Source: Patescibacteria group bacterium (GTDB taxonomy: Bacteria; Patescibacteriota; Patescibacteriia; Patescibacteriales; GWC2-42-12). From it: a stretch of DNA of 64,000 nucleotides. Below, in pieces: positions 25,515-35,523 of this stretch; the first letter of the stretch is position 1; each line of letters begins with the position of its first letter. The stretch is from positions 56,791 through 120,790 of the forward strand of contig JAQVNC010000001.1 in assembly GCA_028703305.1 (NCBI GenBank). Direction: 5' to 3'. The notes under the pieces were generated by a model. That model made no database searches. It was not told where the DNA came from and was given only the letters and a program-made list of their open reading frames with translations. A program made the translations under genes and the position numbers.

Positions 25515-26921
25515 TTACTGGTTTAAATTAACCGTCTGCTGGACTTTTTGCGCCGCTAAATTAATGACGCTTTCCATTTTATCTTGGGCTAAAATCGCGC
25601 TATCAATCATTTCGGCGAATATTTTTTCCATAGCGTTTGAATCCGCGCCATGGTACCAGCTTTTAGCCGTTAAAACCTGGCTGGCGAAAACGCCAATGTC
25701 TAGATCATCAATTTGTTCGTTAACCAAAGAACGCAGAGCCGTCGGCCTTTTGGATTTTGCTAAATAAGTTTTAGCTTGATCGGCTTTAGTTTCAAATTGG
25801 ATAAAATCCCAAGCCTCATTGGCATATTTGCTTTTGTTGGAAACGGTTTCCAGCCAATAATTGGCGAAATTAATCGGCGTGTTGCCTTCAATCTGCGGCA
25901 TTTTCGTTATGCCGAAATTAAGCTTGGGCGCTTGCGCTTTGATAACCGGTAAATGATAGGCGTAGCCGAACATAACGCCTAATTTCCCTTGAGCGAACAT
26001 ATTTGAAGAAATTTCCAGATCTTTATTCCAGGCATAAACTTCTTTGGCCGGGTTGGCGAAATCAGAATAAAAGCGCAAGGCTTCCAGGCCGGGATTATAT
26101 TTTTGATCTTGGAAAGCCGCCGGGATCCTATTAAATAAAACTTGGCCGTTGTCGTCCATCATGACCGAGCCGTTTTGCATCATTAAAGCCGACAAAATAT
26201 CGCTATAACGTTCAATGTTGGTAGTGCCGCCAAGAGCCGCGCCTGATTGGATAATTTCGCCTTTGTCGTTTTGCTTGGTCATTTTTTTTACGTCTTGTTG
26301 GAATTCAGCATTCCAGTAAGCCGGCGGCTGGGCGATGCCGGCGTTGTTAAACAGATCTTTGTTATAATACATGGCTAGAGTGTCAACCGATAAGGGCAGG
26401 CCGTAGACTTTATCCTCATATTGCTTGGTTTTTTCATTAAAAGTCGGGATAATCACGTCTTGATAAACCGCATCAACGAAATTATTTTTTATGTCATTCA
26501 AGCTCAGGCTTTTAGCAGTTCTTAATTCAGGGATGACTTCTTTTTTAATGGTGCCTTTGGTTATCGGATAAGCCATGGTAATAGTCGCGGGCATAGGCGT
26601 TATTTTGCTCGCGTATTTTTTTGTCCAAGTATTATGGATGGAAAAAATATCCGGTCCGCGATCCTCGGCCAAGGCGTTTATCAGTTCGCTTTCATATTCA
26701 CTATATCGCAATTTACGGTAATTTATGGTAATAAAAGGGTGCAGCGCTTTATAGGCGGCTAAAATTTCTTCAAAAGCGTCTTCGCCGTCATAAACTCGCC
26801 AATAAGTAAGCGTAATCGGCTTCATGGCGTCTTGGGTTTTTTTGTCAACCAGCTTGCAGCCGAAGCCGGAGGTCAGAATGATAATAAAGAGTAGTGATAA
26901 GATTATTATGCGGTTTTTCAT
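25515..26921 (-). CDS. ABC transporter extracellular solute-binding protein (family 1, sugar type), a lipoprotein
   Basis: Lipobox …LTSGFGC and the SBP_bac_1 fold pattern. Confidence 0.75.
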   Translation of the reverse strand: MKNRIIILSLLFIIILTSGFGCKLVDKKTQDAMKPITLTYWRVYDGEDAFEEILAAYKALHPFITINYRKLRYSEYESELINALAEDRGPDIFSIHNTWTKKYASKITPMPATITMAYPITKGTIKKEVIPELRTAKSLSLNDIKNNFVDAVYQDVIIPTFNEKTKQYEDKVYGLPLSVDTLAMYYNKDLFNNAGIAQPPAYWNAEFQQDVKKMTKQNDKGEIIQSGAALGGTTNIERYSDILSALMMQNGSVMMDDNGQVLFNRIPAAFQDQKYNPGLEALRFYSDFANPAKEVYAWNKDLEISSNMFAQGKLGVMFGYAYHLPVIKAQAPKLNFGITKMPQIEGNTPINFANYWLETVSNKSKYANEAWDFIQFETKADQAKTYLAKSKRPTALRSLVNEQIDDLDIGVFASQVLTAKSWYHGADSNAMEKIFAEMIDSAILAQDKMESVINLAAQKVQQTVNLNQ

Positions 26922-27083
26922 AGATAATTAATTTTTGAATTTTTAATTTTGCCCCCATCCGGGGATAAATAATTTTTAAATAATGACTAAATTTTTAATG
27001 TTTAAAAATTGGAAATTAAAAATTGTTAGGTTATTACCTGATAATATTATAACATAAATTAAAAGGTAATAAAAATCGGTGTC

Positions 27084-28601
27084 TTATTCTATCCTCGGCC
27101 GATACTGTAGGGCTTCGGCGATATGAGGCGTTAAAATAGCTTCTTCGCCGGCCAAGTCAGCGATAGTGCGAGCCAGTTTAAGGATGCGAAAATAGCCTCT
27201 GGCCGATAGATGCATTTGATCCACGGCTTGATGCAGTAAATTAGTTGAGATATTGTCAACGCGGCAGAAACGTTTAATGGCTTCAGGCGACATTTCCGAG
27301 TTGGTTATAAAATTAGTGCCGATGAAACGTTCGGTTTGCCTGCTTCTGGCGCTTTCCACCCGTTTTTTTATTTCTTCTGATTTTTCACTATTCGCGGTCG
27401 CGGCCAGTTTATCAAATTTTATTCTCGGCACTTCAATATGCAGGTCAATCCGATCTAAAATCGGGCCGGAGATTTTTTTCTTGTAATTCATAATTTGCGT
27501 TGAAGAACAAACGCAATTTTTTTCCCGATCGCCCAAGTAGCCGCAAGGGCAGGGGTTGGAGGCGGCCACTAAAATGAATTTGGCTGGAAAGCTTAAATTG
27601 CTGGCGGCTCGGCTGATATGAATTACGCCGTCCTCTAAAGGCTGTCTTAAGTTTTCCAGAACCTGGCGTGTGAATTCAGCGAATTCATCCAAAAATAAAA
27701 CACCGCGATGGGCCAAAGAAATTTCTCCGGGCTTTGGCCAGGTGCCGCCGCCGACTAAAGACACGCCAGAGGCTGTATGATGGGGCGACCTAAAGGGACG
27801 CGAAGTCATTAATGGCGTCTCGGCCGGCAATTCTCCGGCCACGCTGTAAATTTTGGTTATTTCCAAAGCTTCTTTTAAAGATAAATTAGGTAAAATTGAC
27901 GGCATAGTGCGGGCAATCAAAGTTTTACCTGATCCTGGCGGGCCGCTCATTAAAACATTATGGGCGCCGGCGGCCGCGATTTCCATGGCTCGCTTAACAT
28001 GCTCTTGGCCTTTAATATAGGCCATGTCAAATTCAACAGTGGCGTTGGTGAAATTAAATTCCGTGTAAGGCGCGCCGGCTATGATTTGGCGGTTTTCCAG
28101 GTGAGCGACCAGTTCAACTAAATTATTAACCGGTATGACTTCAAGGTCATTAACCAGTTTAGCTTCGCAAGCATTGGCCGCCGGCACGAAGATGGCGGTT
28201 AAGCCTTTATTTTTAGCTTTGATGGCAATAGGCAGAACGCCGTTAACCGGCCTAAGTTCGCCGTTTAGAGCCAGTTCGCCGACGAATAAAAAGCGGGAAA
28301 AATCTTCGCAGTTTATTTTTTTAGTCGCGGCTAAAATACTGATGGCGATCGGCAGGTCGTAGCTTGGGCCTTGCTTTCTTAAATCAGCCGGCGCCAGATT
28401 AACCGTGACTTTTCTTTTGGGAAAATAAAGTCCGGAATTTTTTACCGCGCTTCTGACCCGTTCCCTTGATTCCGAAACCGCGGCATCAGGCAGGCCGACA
28501 ATAATAAAAGCGCCTAGAGGGTTATTGGAGATATCAGCTTCAACCTGAACCAGCTCGGCATCCAGCCCGACTACGGCGGCGGAGATAATTTTTGAAGACA
28601 T
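27084..28601 (-). CDS. comM: YifB/ComM-family Mg-chelatase-like AAA+ ATPase
   Basis: N-terminal Lon-like SSKIISAAVVGLDAELVQVEADIS, Walker A GPPGSGKT and a C-terminal Mg-chelatase region. Confidence 0.85.
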   Translation of the reverse strand: MSSKIISAAVVGLDAELVQVEADISNNPLGAFIIVGLPDAAVSESRERVRSAVKNSGLYFPKRKVTVNLAPADLRKQGPSYDLPIAISILAATKKINCEDFSRFLFVGELALNGELRPVNGVLPIAIKAKNKGLTAIFVPAANACEAKLVNDLEVIPVNNLVELVAHLENRQIIAGAPYTEFNFTNATVEFDMAYIKGQEHVKRAMEIAAAGAHNVLMSGPPGSGKTLIARTMPSILPNLSLKEALEITKIYSVAGELPAETPLMTSRPFRSPHHTASGVSLVGGGTWPKPGEISLAHRGVLFLDEFAEFTRQVLENLRQPLEDGVIHISRAASNLSFPAKFILVAASNPCPCGYLGDREKNCVCSSTQIMNYKKKISGPILDRIDLHIEVPRIKFDKLAATANSEKSEEIKKRVESARSRQTERFIGTNFITNSEMSPEAIKRFCRVDNISTNLLHQAVDQMHLSARGYFRILKLARTIADLAGEEAILTPHIAEALQYRPRIE

Positions 28602-28631
28602 AAATTATAATGTCATGGCGATAATAAAAGA

Positions 28632-31286
28632 CTAACTTCTTACCACCTTGGCGGCTTCATCCAATTTGATGCTTAAGAGTTTGGAAACGCCGCTTTCTTC
28701 CATGGTAACGCCGTAAAGAATATTGGCGCGGCGCATGGAGGCGCGGTTATGAGTAATGACAATAAATTGAGTTTTATGCGATAGATCGTCTAAAATTTTT
28801 GCCAGGCGCTCGGAATTGGCTTCGTCTAGCGAAGCGTCAACTTCGTCTAAAACCACGAACGGCGAAGGATTACAGCTAATAATAGCGCAAATTAGCCCAA
28901 TAGCGGTTAAAGCTCTTTCGCCGCCGGAGAGCATGGTGATGGCTTTTATTTTTTTACCCGGGGGCGTAGCTAAAATTTCAATGCCGGCCAAGCCGGTGGC
29001 ATTATATTTTTGCAAGTATTTTATCCGTTTTAAGTTAGCCGCGAATTTATCTTCCAGCGCCTGGTCTTCAGCCGCCGGTTTAATTATGTCAGTTTCATTT
29101 TTTTCCTCTTTTTTGTTTTCAGGCAATTCTTCAGTTAAAACTTTAACGATTTTGGCCGAGCCGCCGTTAAATAAAATTTTAAAATACTCTTCAAACTTAA
29201 GGGAAATATTTTTAAATTCTTTATCAAACCTTTCCTTGATTATGGCATCAAGCTCTTTAATTATTTTTTCCAGGGATCCAACGGCTTCATTTAAATCATG
29301 AGTTTGATTTTCAAGGTAATCAAAGCGCTCTTTAGTTTCAAAATATTCTTTTTCAATTTCCGGATCAATGCCGCCAATTTGATCAATTTGCCGCTTCAGC
29401 GAATTAATTTTTTCCAAAGCCGCTTCCGCGTCAATCGGCTCTTCCACAATTTTATCCATGACTTCTTTTAGGTTGCCATAGTTATTTCTGATTTCAATTT
29501 CCAAATCTTCCAGCCTGGTTTCAAATCTGGTGGAATTTATTTTTAATTCATTTAATTCGCGGCTTAAATCGTTTATTTCGCTTTGCAGAGAAGAGAGATT
29601 TTTTTGCAGAGAAAAAAGTTTGGCTCTTTGCTCATTTTCTTTGGCGTTAAACGAATTTAATTTTTCTTTAATAGCGCTGATTTTCAGATTAAATTCTTCA
29701 ATTTTACTTTTTATATCAGTTTGCTCTTTTTTGTTGCCATTTAAATCGGCCATCCCCTTATTAGCCTTCAGTTTATTAGCAATATTGTTAAGCTCTGTTT
29801 CTAGCTGTTCTTTTCTTTCTTTAATCAATTTAACTCTTTCCGATCTGGCGGAAATGCGGAAACTGCTTTCGTTAATTTTTGCCATAATCGCCTCTTTTTC
29901 ATAAGTTAGAGCCATTAAATTTTTTTGCGCCTGTTCTAAATTTTCTTTTTCCAGAGCGTCGGAAGAAAGACCTAAAATTAGTTTAATTTTTTCCCTGATT
30001 TTAGCTATTATTATTTTAATTTCGGCTAAATTTTCAGTATTATCAATTTCCTCGGATAAGCTTTTCAAGTTTTTTAATTCCAGGTTGATTTTTTCCATGC
30101 CTTCGCCGCTAAGGCTTGAGCCATGCCGCAAAAGTTCGTCATTTAAGCGGCTAACTTTTAAGTTAATGGCCTCTTTATCTTTTTCCAAGTTGACTAAAAT
30201 TAGCTTTTCCTGTTCAATATTTTTTTCCAAGCCTTCAGCTTCTTCGCTTAATTTTTTAATTTCTTTTTCAATCTCCGAACTTTTATTGACGAGCCAGGAC
30301 AAATCAAATTGGCCGCTAGCCTCAAGCTTAACTTCAAGTTCTGCTTCCAATTTGGCTAATTGTTTAGTTAAAACTTCTTTTTTGCTTAAGAATTCATTTA
30401 ATTCTTTCTGCCAGCCGTTAAATTCATCGCTGTTCTGATTTTGTTTTTCAAGCTGACCCAGTTCACGGCTTAAAAGAGCGCTTTTCTTTTCTTTTTCCAG
30501 CTTAACGCGCTCTAAATTTAAAAATTTTTTATTAAAATCAGTGAATTTACCGTTAATTTCGTGCCAAATTTTACTATAATAATTTTTCTGCAAATCTTTT
30601 AATTCGGCTTCAACCTCGCCGCGTTTTTTTAATTTATTTACCTGCCTGGTTAAGCTTTTTAAGCGTGGCTCAATTTCCGTTAACAGCATTGAAGCCTGGT
30701 TTAAGTTTTCGTAACTCCTAATTAATTTATTAAGCGAGTCGTCGCGTTTGATTTGAAATTGCTTAACGCCGGTGGCCTCATCAAAAAATTCTTTTCTTTC
30801 GGAAAGCGTGGTGTTTAAAAAACCTTCAACCATGCCCTGGCCGATGACGCTATAGGTTTTTTGGCCGAAATTTGATTTGGCTAAGAGTATCTGCACATCG
30901 CTTAAGCGGACGCGGTTTTGATTGATTAAATATTCGCTTTCGCCGTCGCGGTAGATGCGGCGGGTTAAGATTACCTGTGAATAATCAATGGCGGCTTTAT
31001 GGTCTTCGTTATTTAAGTAAAGCGAAACTTCGGCCATACTTAGCTTTCCCTTCTTATCCGAGCCGGAAAAGATAATATCTTCGCTTTTTTTGCCGCGCAA
31101 GGTTTTCATGCTTTGCTCGCCCAAAGCCCAGCGCACGGCGTCGGCGATATTGGACTTGCCCGAACCGTTAGGGCCGACGATAGAAGTAATGCCGCGCTGG
31201 TTGCCGGTCAGCATGCCGGGAAAAATCAAAGTATTTTTATTGGCAAAAGATTTAAAGCCTTGGATTTCCAGTTTTTCTAAATACAT
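28632..31286 (-). CDS. smc: Chromosome segregation protein SMC (short form, 884 aa)
   Basis: N-terminal FKSF…GPNGSGKSNIADAVRWALGEQS, long coiled coils, and a C-terminal LSGGERALTAIGL…DEVDASLD signature. Confidence 0.85.
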   Translation of the reverse strand: MYLEKLEIQGFKSFANKNTLIFPGMLTGNQRGITSIVGPNGSGKSNIADAVRWALGEQSMKTLRGKKSEDIIFSGSDKKGKLSMAEVSLYLNNEDHKAAIDYSQVILTRRIYRDGESEYLINQNRVRLSDVQILLAKSNFGQKTYSVIGQGMVEGFLNTTLSERKEFFDEATGVKQFQIKRDDSLNKLIRSYENLNQASMLLTEIEPRLKSLTRQVNKLKKRGEVEAELKDLQKNYYSKIWHEINGKFTDFNKKFLNLERVKLEKEKKSALLSRELGQLEKQNQNSDEFNGWQKELNEFLSKKEVLTKQLAKLEAELEVKLEASGQFDLSWLVNKSSEIEKEIKKLSEEAEGLEKNIEQEKLILVNLEKDKEAINLKVSRLNDELLRHGSSLSGEGMEKINLELKNLKSLSEEIDNTENLAEIKIIIAKIREKIKLILGLSSDALEKENLEQAQKNLMALTYEKEAIMAKINESSFRISARSERVKLIKERKEQLETELNNIANKLKANKGMADLNGNKKEQTDIKSKIEEFNLKISAIKEKLNSFNAKENEQRAKLFSLQKNLSSLQSEINDLSRELNELKINSTRFETRLEDLEIEIRNNYGNLKEVMDKIVEEPIDAEAALEKINSLKRQIDQIGGIDPEIEKEYFETKERFDYLENQTHDLNEAVGSLEKIIKELDAIIKERFDKEFKNISLKFEEYFKILFNGGSAKIVKVLTEELPENKKEEKNETDIIKPAAEDQALEDKFAANLKRIKYLQKYNATGLAGIEILATPPGKKIKAITMLSGGERALTAIGLICAIISCNPSPFVVLDEVDASLDEANSERLAKILDDLSHKTQFIVITHNRASMRRANILYGVTMEESGVSKLLSIKLDEAAKVVRS

Positions 31287-31489
31287 AATATTTTAAAGCC
31301 CTCTTTTAAAAGAGGGATGAGGTTTGTTGCTAGATTTATTATACAATATTTTGTTTAAATAAAAAAGCCGGCAGATGTTTTTGTCTCTGCCGGGTGAACA
31401 TTGTTGAAGAGCGAAGTCGCCGCGCATGGCTTAGATTTGCCTTTTAAGGGCAGGCCGGCCGCGGCCAAGGGTTTTAGGATCACCTCACT

Positions 31490-31939
31490 TTACCCATACC
31501 TTCGCCTATTCGGTTGAATCTGAAACACTTTCGATTTATTAGTGTTCATATTCACACCTCCTTTCGTCTGGCGATGGGCAGGTTCAATGCTTGGGGTATA
31601 GCTCAACCCGCCGAACTGCATAGTCAATTCAATTTTTCCGTCAATAATCATCTGGTGCGCGGCGCGTATTTCCCTGATGCGCCATTTCATCTTTTTCCCC
31701 AGAAGCAGAATTTGTAAAAATAGTATAGCTTCGCTTGGAGTTAAATTACCGAACAGCTGATGAAAGCACCAGTGAATAATGCCGTTGAAGCGTTTGAGGT
31801 TGCCAGAATTTTTGCCACCCCCTCTTTTTTCTGAAATTAGATGGTGGTCTTCGAAGTTACCCCAATTTTTCCAGGGGCGAGATTTATTTTCATGAGATTC
31901 TTTTTTTTCCACCCCTTTTTTCTTGGCTTTTCTGGACAT
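31490..31939 (-). CDS. Small HNH endonuclease-domain protein
   Basis: EDHHLISEKRGGGKNSGNLKRFNGIIHWCFHQLF follows the HH…GG…NL…H spacing of an HNH motif. Confidence 0.5.
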   Translation of the reverse strand: MSRKAKKKGVEKKESHENKSRPWKNWGNFEDHHLISEKRGGGKNSGNLKRFNGIIHWCFHQLFGNLTPSEAILFLQILLLGKKMKWRIREIRAAHQMIIDGKIELTMQFGGLSYTPSIEPAHRQTKGGVNMNTNKSKVFQIQPNRRRYG

Positions 31940-32295
31940 ATTTCCCCCTTTCCGGTTTTTGGCAAAATATTAATGAAAAGTTCTGTGTATAATAATTTTA
32001 CCATTATTTAAAAAATAATAAAAGATAAATTAAAAACACCGCCTTTGGAGTCCTGGCGGTGTTTTTTCCCATGCTCGCCTTATCATGACGATAATTGATA
32101 AAGCAGGAAAGGGAGCTGTGTTAATCAGGCAGTATTTCCGTTAACCATTTTTTTATTTTTGGTTTTTTATTGTCTTGGCTGTTTAATTAACACAGCTTCT
32201 TCATATGTTTTTATGACATATGCTAAATTTATTTTTTAGCCCTCCTTTTTACTTATTCATTTTTCAAGGTGCGATGTCCGCGGCATTTATTTGTT

Positions 32296-32589
32296 TTAAC
32301 CGCGATATATATTTATATATAATGATAAATTTATCTGGCCGGATCTTTCCAAATAATAAATATTTTCATTAACCAGCCCTTGGTTTTGCCGTCCCGCTTC
32401 TATTGAATTAAAAATAAAGCTAAGAAATAAAGCGCTGGTTATTACAATAAAAAAAGCAATGGACAAGCTTACTAAGAGTCCAGACCAGCTGAACTCCTGC
32501 TCCACTGCTTTTTTCTTTATCGTATTGTAATATTTCCAACCGATATTCCCTAAATTAAAATAATCGGCTTGATTTTTTGCTAATGACAT
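32296..32589 (-). CDS. Hypothetical small membrane protein
   Basis: Single TM helix; its start lies 95 bp downstream of the glgA stop on the same (minus) strand; weak support. Confidence 0.3.
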   Translation of the reverse strand: MSLAKNQADYFNLGNIGWKYYNTIKKKAVEQEFSWSGLLVSLSIAFFIVITSALFLSFIFNSIEAGRQNQGLVNENIYYLERSGQINLSLYINIYRG

Positions 32590-32684
32590 TTGTTTTGATT
32601 TTTGTTTTTTATAGATAATATAATTTTGTATTATCTAATATCATTTTAGCAAAAATTTTGTATTTTGTCAATGTGGATAAAAAA

Positions 32685-34097
32685 TTATTTTTTTAATTTT
32701 TTGTAAAGTTTTAAATATTCATGAGCCGGCTTATTCCAGGAAAAATCTTGCTTTAGGCCGTTAAGCTGAAGCCGGCGCCAGAATTTTTTATTTTTATAAA
32801 AAACAGTTAAAGCCTTATCTATGGTTTTATATAATTCTTGGCCGGAATATTTTTTAAAAGCAAAACCAACTTTATGGTTGACCGTATCGGCCAGTCCGCC
32901 GGTTTTTCTGACTAGCGGTACGCTGCCATAGCGCATGGCGATTATCTGGCCCAGACCGCAGGGTTCAAAACGGGACGGCATTAAGAAAATATCGGCGCCG
33001 GCGTAAATTTGATGCGCCAGTTTTTCGTCAAATTTAATTAGCGCGCTGAATTGGCGCGGAAATTTTTTAGATAAGCTTAAAAGCTGCTGCTCGTATTCTT
33101 TTTGGCCGGTGCCCAAAAAGACAAACTGGCAGTTAAGCTGGCTAAAGTTTTCCGTAATTAAATTCAGGCCCTTTTGCCAAACTAAACGAGAAATTAAACC
33201 GACCAAAGCCATATTTTTATCTAGGGGCAAGCCTAATTGCTTCTGTAAAGCCAGTTTATTGGCGGTTTTTTTCTCTAAATTTTTAAACGAATATTTTTGG
33301 CTGATTAAATTATCAGTAGCTGGGTTAAAAAAGCCGGTATCAATGCCGTTTAGTATGCCGTAAAGATCCTTTTTTCTTTTTTTAAGGATTTTTTCAAGAT
33401 TAGCGCCATATTCTTTGGTTAAAATTTCTTTAGCATAAGTCGGGCTGACCGTATTAATTAAATCGGCGTTTAAGATACCATCGGCCAGGTAATTATTGTT
33501 TTTATTTATGCCTTGGTTAGCCAAATTATGGATGGTTAGGAGAGTTTTGGTTTTAGCGAAGAAATTATCTTGTTGATTTAATGTTTTAATAAAACCGGCG
33601 ACCGGAGCCGTATGCCAATCATTTAAATGCATGACGTCAGGCTTGAAATTTAATTTTTTTGCCACGGCCAGGGCGGCGCGGCTAAAAAAGGCAAATCTTT
33701 TTAAATCATCTGGCTGTCTGGTATATTTTCCGTTTAATATTAATCGCGGGCCGGAGTAGATTTCGCTGGAGCTAAAAAATTTATGCTCAATTAAATAAAC
33801 GGGAATTTTTGTTCCCGGCAGATTAGTTTTATAGACATCAATAATTTTGTCTTTATCGCCCGTTGTCACGGCCAGGCGGCTGATAATTTTTTCAGCCGGA
33901 TATTTTCTTTTATCAATCAAGCCGTAAAAGGGCAGGCAGATTCTAATATCTATCCCTAGCCCAGCCAGAGCTTTAGGCAAGCTGCCAGCTACGTCGCCCA
34001 AGCCGCCGACTTTAGCTAAAGGCGCGACCTCGGCCGAGAGAAATAAAACTTTAATTTTAGGTTTGTTTGGCATAATTTTTATCTTTCTTTTATCCAT
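32685..34097 (-). CDS. glgA: Glycogen/starch synthase (ADP-glucose type, GT5)
   Basis: KVGGLGDVAGSLPKAL N-terminal motif and a GT-B C-terminal domain. Confidence 0.85.
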   Translation of the reverse strand: MDKRKIKIMPNKPKIKVLFLSAEVAPLAKVGGLGDVAGSLPKALAGLGIDIRICLPFYGLIDKRKYPAEKIISRLAVTTGDKDKIIDVYKTNLPGTKIPVYLIEHKFFSSSEIYSGPRLILNGKYTRQPDDLKRFAFFSRAALAVAKKLNFKPDVMHLNDWHTAPVAGFIKTLNQQDNFFAKTKTLLTIHNLANQGINKNNNYLADGILNADLINTVSPTYAKEILTKEYGANLEKILKKRKKDLYGILNGIDTGFFNPATDNLISQKYSFKNLEKKTANKLALQKQLGLPLDKNMALVGLISRLVWQKGLNLITENFSQLNCQFVFLGTGQKEYEQQLLSLSKKFPRQFSALIKFDEKLAHQIYAGADIFLMPSRFEPCGLGQIIAMRYGSVPLVRKTGGLADTVNHKVGFAFKKYSGQELYKTIDKALTVFYKNKKFWRRLQLNGLKQDFSWNKPAHEYLKLYKKLKK

Positions 34098-34651
34098 TTA
34101 AGTATTTGTTCGGTTAAATTATTATCCGGCAGTTTTTCAGTTTCAATTATTAAATAAGGCAGAGTCGTTTTTTTAATTTCTTTAAGATATTCTTGCTGTT
34201 GCTTAATATACCAATCCGGCCGGCGCAAGATTCTTTCATAATGCGGGTAAAGTTTTAGCCGGTCGTTAATTCTGGCTTGGATTATTTTTTTGTCCGGCGG
34301 TAAAGTTATTAAAATTATTTTAAAGCCCAGTTTTTTTAAATGTTGCTCCGTCTTTTTATAATTTATTTCTTTGTGGCGGTGCAGGCGGCTATAGATAATA
34401 TCGGATAAATAAAATTTTTCCACCAAGAGATTGCTGTTTTTTAATTCAGTAAAAATTTTTAAATAAGATTCTATAACCGGCCGGCCATGCTTGGTGCCGT
34501 AGACGCCGATATCACAGTTAAACCAGTGGCAGCCGTCAAGCAGATAGCCGCTTTTATTATATTTTGGCTCTAACTGGTCGTAAATTCGCGACATCAGCCA
34601 GCTTTTGCCGGCCAGCTCCGCCCCTTCAAAAATTAGATGGTGTATTTTCAT
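34079..34651 (-). CDS. P-loop nucleoside/nucleotide kinase-like protein (dNK/thymidylate-kinase fold, tentative)
   Basis: FEGAELAGKS Walker A and a DIIYSR motif. Confidence 0.4.
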   Translation of the reverse strand: MKIHHLIFEGAELAGKSWLMSRIYDQLEPKYNKSGYLLDGCHWFNCDIGVYGTKHGRPVIESYLKIFTELKNSNLLVEKFYLSDIIYSRLHRHKEINYKKTEQHLKKLGFKIILITLPPDKKIIQARINDRLKLYPHYERILRRPDWYIKQQQEYLKEIKKTTLPYLIIETEKLPDNNLTEQILKWIKER

Positions 34652-34655
34652 TTGA

Positions 34656-35519
34656 TTAGCCGATTATTTTTTTAATATCGGTTAAATAATCAGAGTCAAT
34701 TCTAAAATAATCATAGCAGTTATTTAGGCCGTCCGAGGTTGGTTCAAAACGGTGAAAATCAGAGCCGCCGGCCATAATTAATTTATATTCTCGGGCCAGG
34801 CGCCGGGTGTACATAATCGCGCCAAGGGAATGATGGGGCGAAATAACTTCCAGGCCGTCTATGCCAAGTTTTTTAAGGCTGGCGATGAATTTTTTATCAA
34901 GATGATTATGCTTGCCCGGATGGTTTAGAATCAGCTGGCCGTTAATTTTTTTCTTTAATTTTATAATTTGCTTTAGGCTAATATAGCTTTCGCTGATTTT
35001 AACAAAGGCCGGGTTTTTAAAAATTTTCATCAAGATTTCGTCTTGGCCGGGTTTGGCTGTTTTTAATTTTTTTACGATTATTTTTTTATTGGCCGGTATT
35101 TTATAAATATGGTCAATCAGATGATTAAGCGGAATATAATGGTTAAATTTATCCAACAGGCGGTTTTCGTTAATTTTAAAGCCGTGTTGCTTTAATTTAA
35201 TTAAAGCGTTTCTAATCTGGCGCCGGCGCCTGGTTTGGCTGGCCCTTAAAAGATTATGAAGTTCCGGGTCGCGCGAGTCAAAATTGTACCATAAGAGATT
35301 GAATTTTCTATGGCCGAGCTTTGCGTAAAGCTCCAAGCCGTTAATGGCTTTAATGTTTTTCTTTTGGCAGGCCAGTTTAAATTCTTCAAGCCCGCCGACC
35401 GTGTTATGGTCGGTTAGGGCGGCGATTTTTATATTACTTTCTGACAAAAAATCAGCCAATTGGCTAGGCGTTAGGTAGCCGTCGGAATAAATTGAATGAA
35501 GCTGCAAATCAATTAACAT
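34656..35519 (-). CDS. PHP-domain phosphoesterase
   Basis: DLQLHSIYSDGYLTP…ALTDHNTV PHP motifs. Confidence 0.7.
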   Translation of the reverse strand: MLIDLQLHSIYSDGYLTPSQLADFLSESNIKIAALTDHNTVGGLEEFKLACQKKNIKAINGLELYAKLGHRKFNLLWYNFDSRDPELHNLLRASQTRRRRQIRNALIKLKQHGFKINENRLLDKFNHYIPLNHLIDHIYKIPANKKIIVKKLKTAKPGQDEILMKIFKNPAFVKISESYISLKQIIKLKKKINGQLILNHPGKHNHLDKKFIASLKKLGIDGLEVISPHHSLGAIMYTRRLAREYKLIMAGGSDFHRFEPTSDGLNNCYDYFRIDSDYLTDIKKIIG

Positions 35520-35523
35520 AATT

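Noticed and set aside
1867-30438. Antisense ORFs inside bactofilin (1867..2256+), rnhB (4370..4693-), recA (23392.., 23739.., 23782..+), comM (27253.., 28135..+), smc (28816.., 29530.., 30085..+), and similar shadow ORFs listed elsewhere in the track.
   Set aside because: Each lies fully inside, and antisense to, a strongly supported conserved gene. They have low-complexity or Ser/Leu-rich composition and no motifs.
31465-31570. 16S rRNA 3'-end-like ggatcacctc / cacctccttt strings.
   Set aside because: Only about 10-nt matches, with no flanking rRNA sequence. On the minus strand they read as Shine-Dalgarno-like AGGAGGTG elements.
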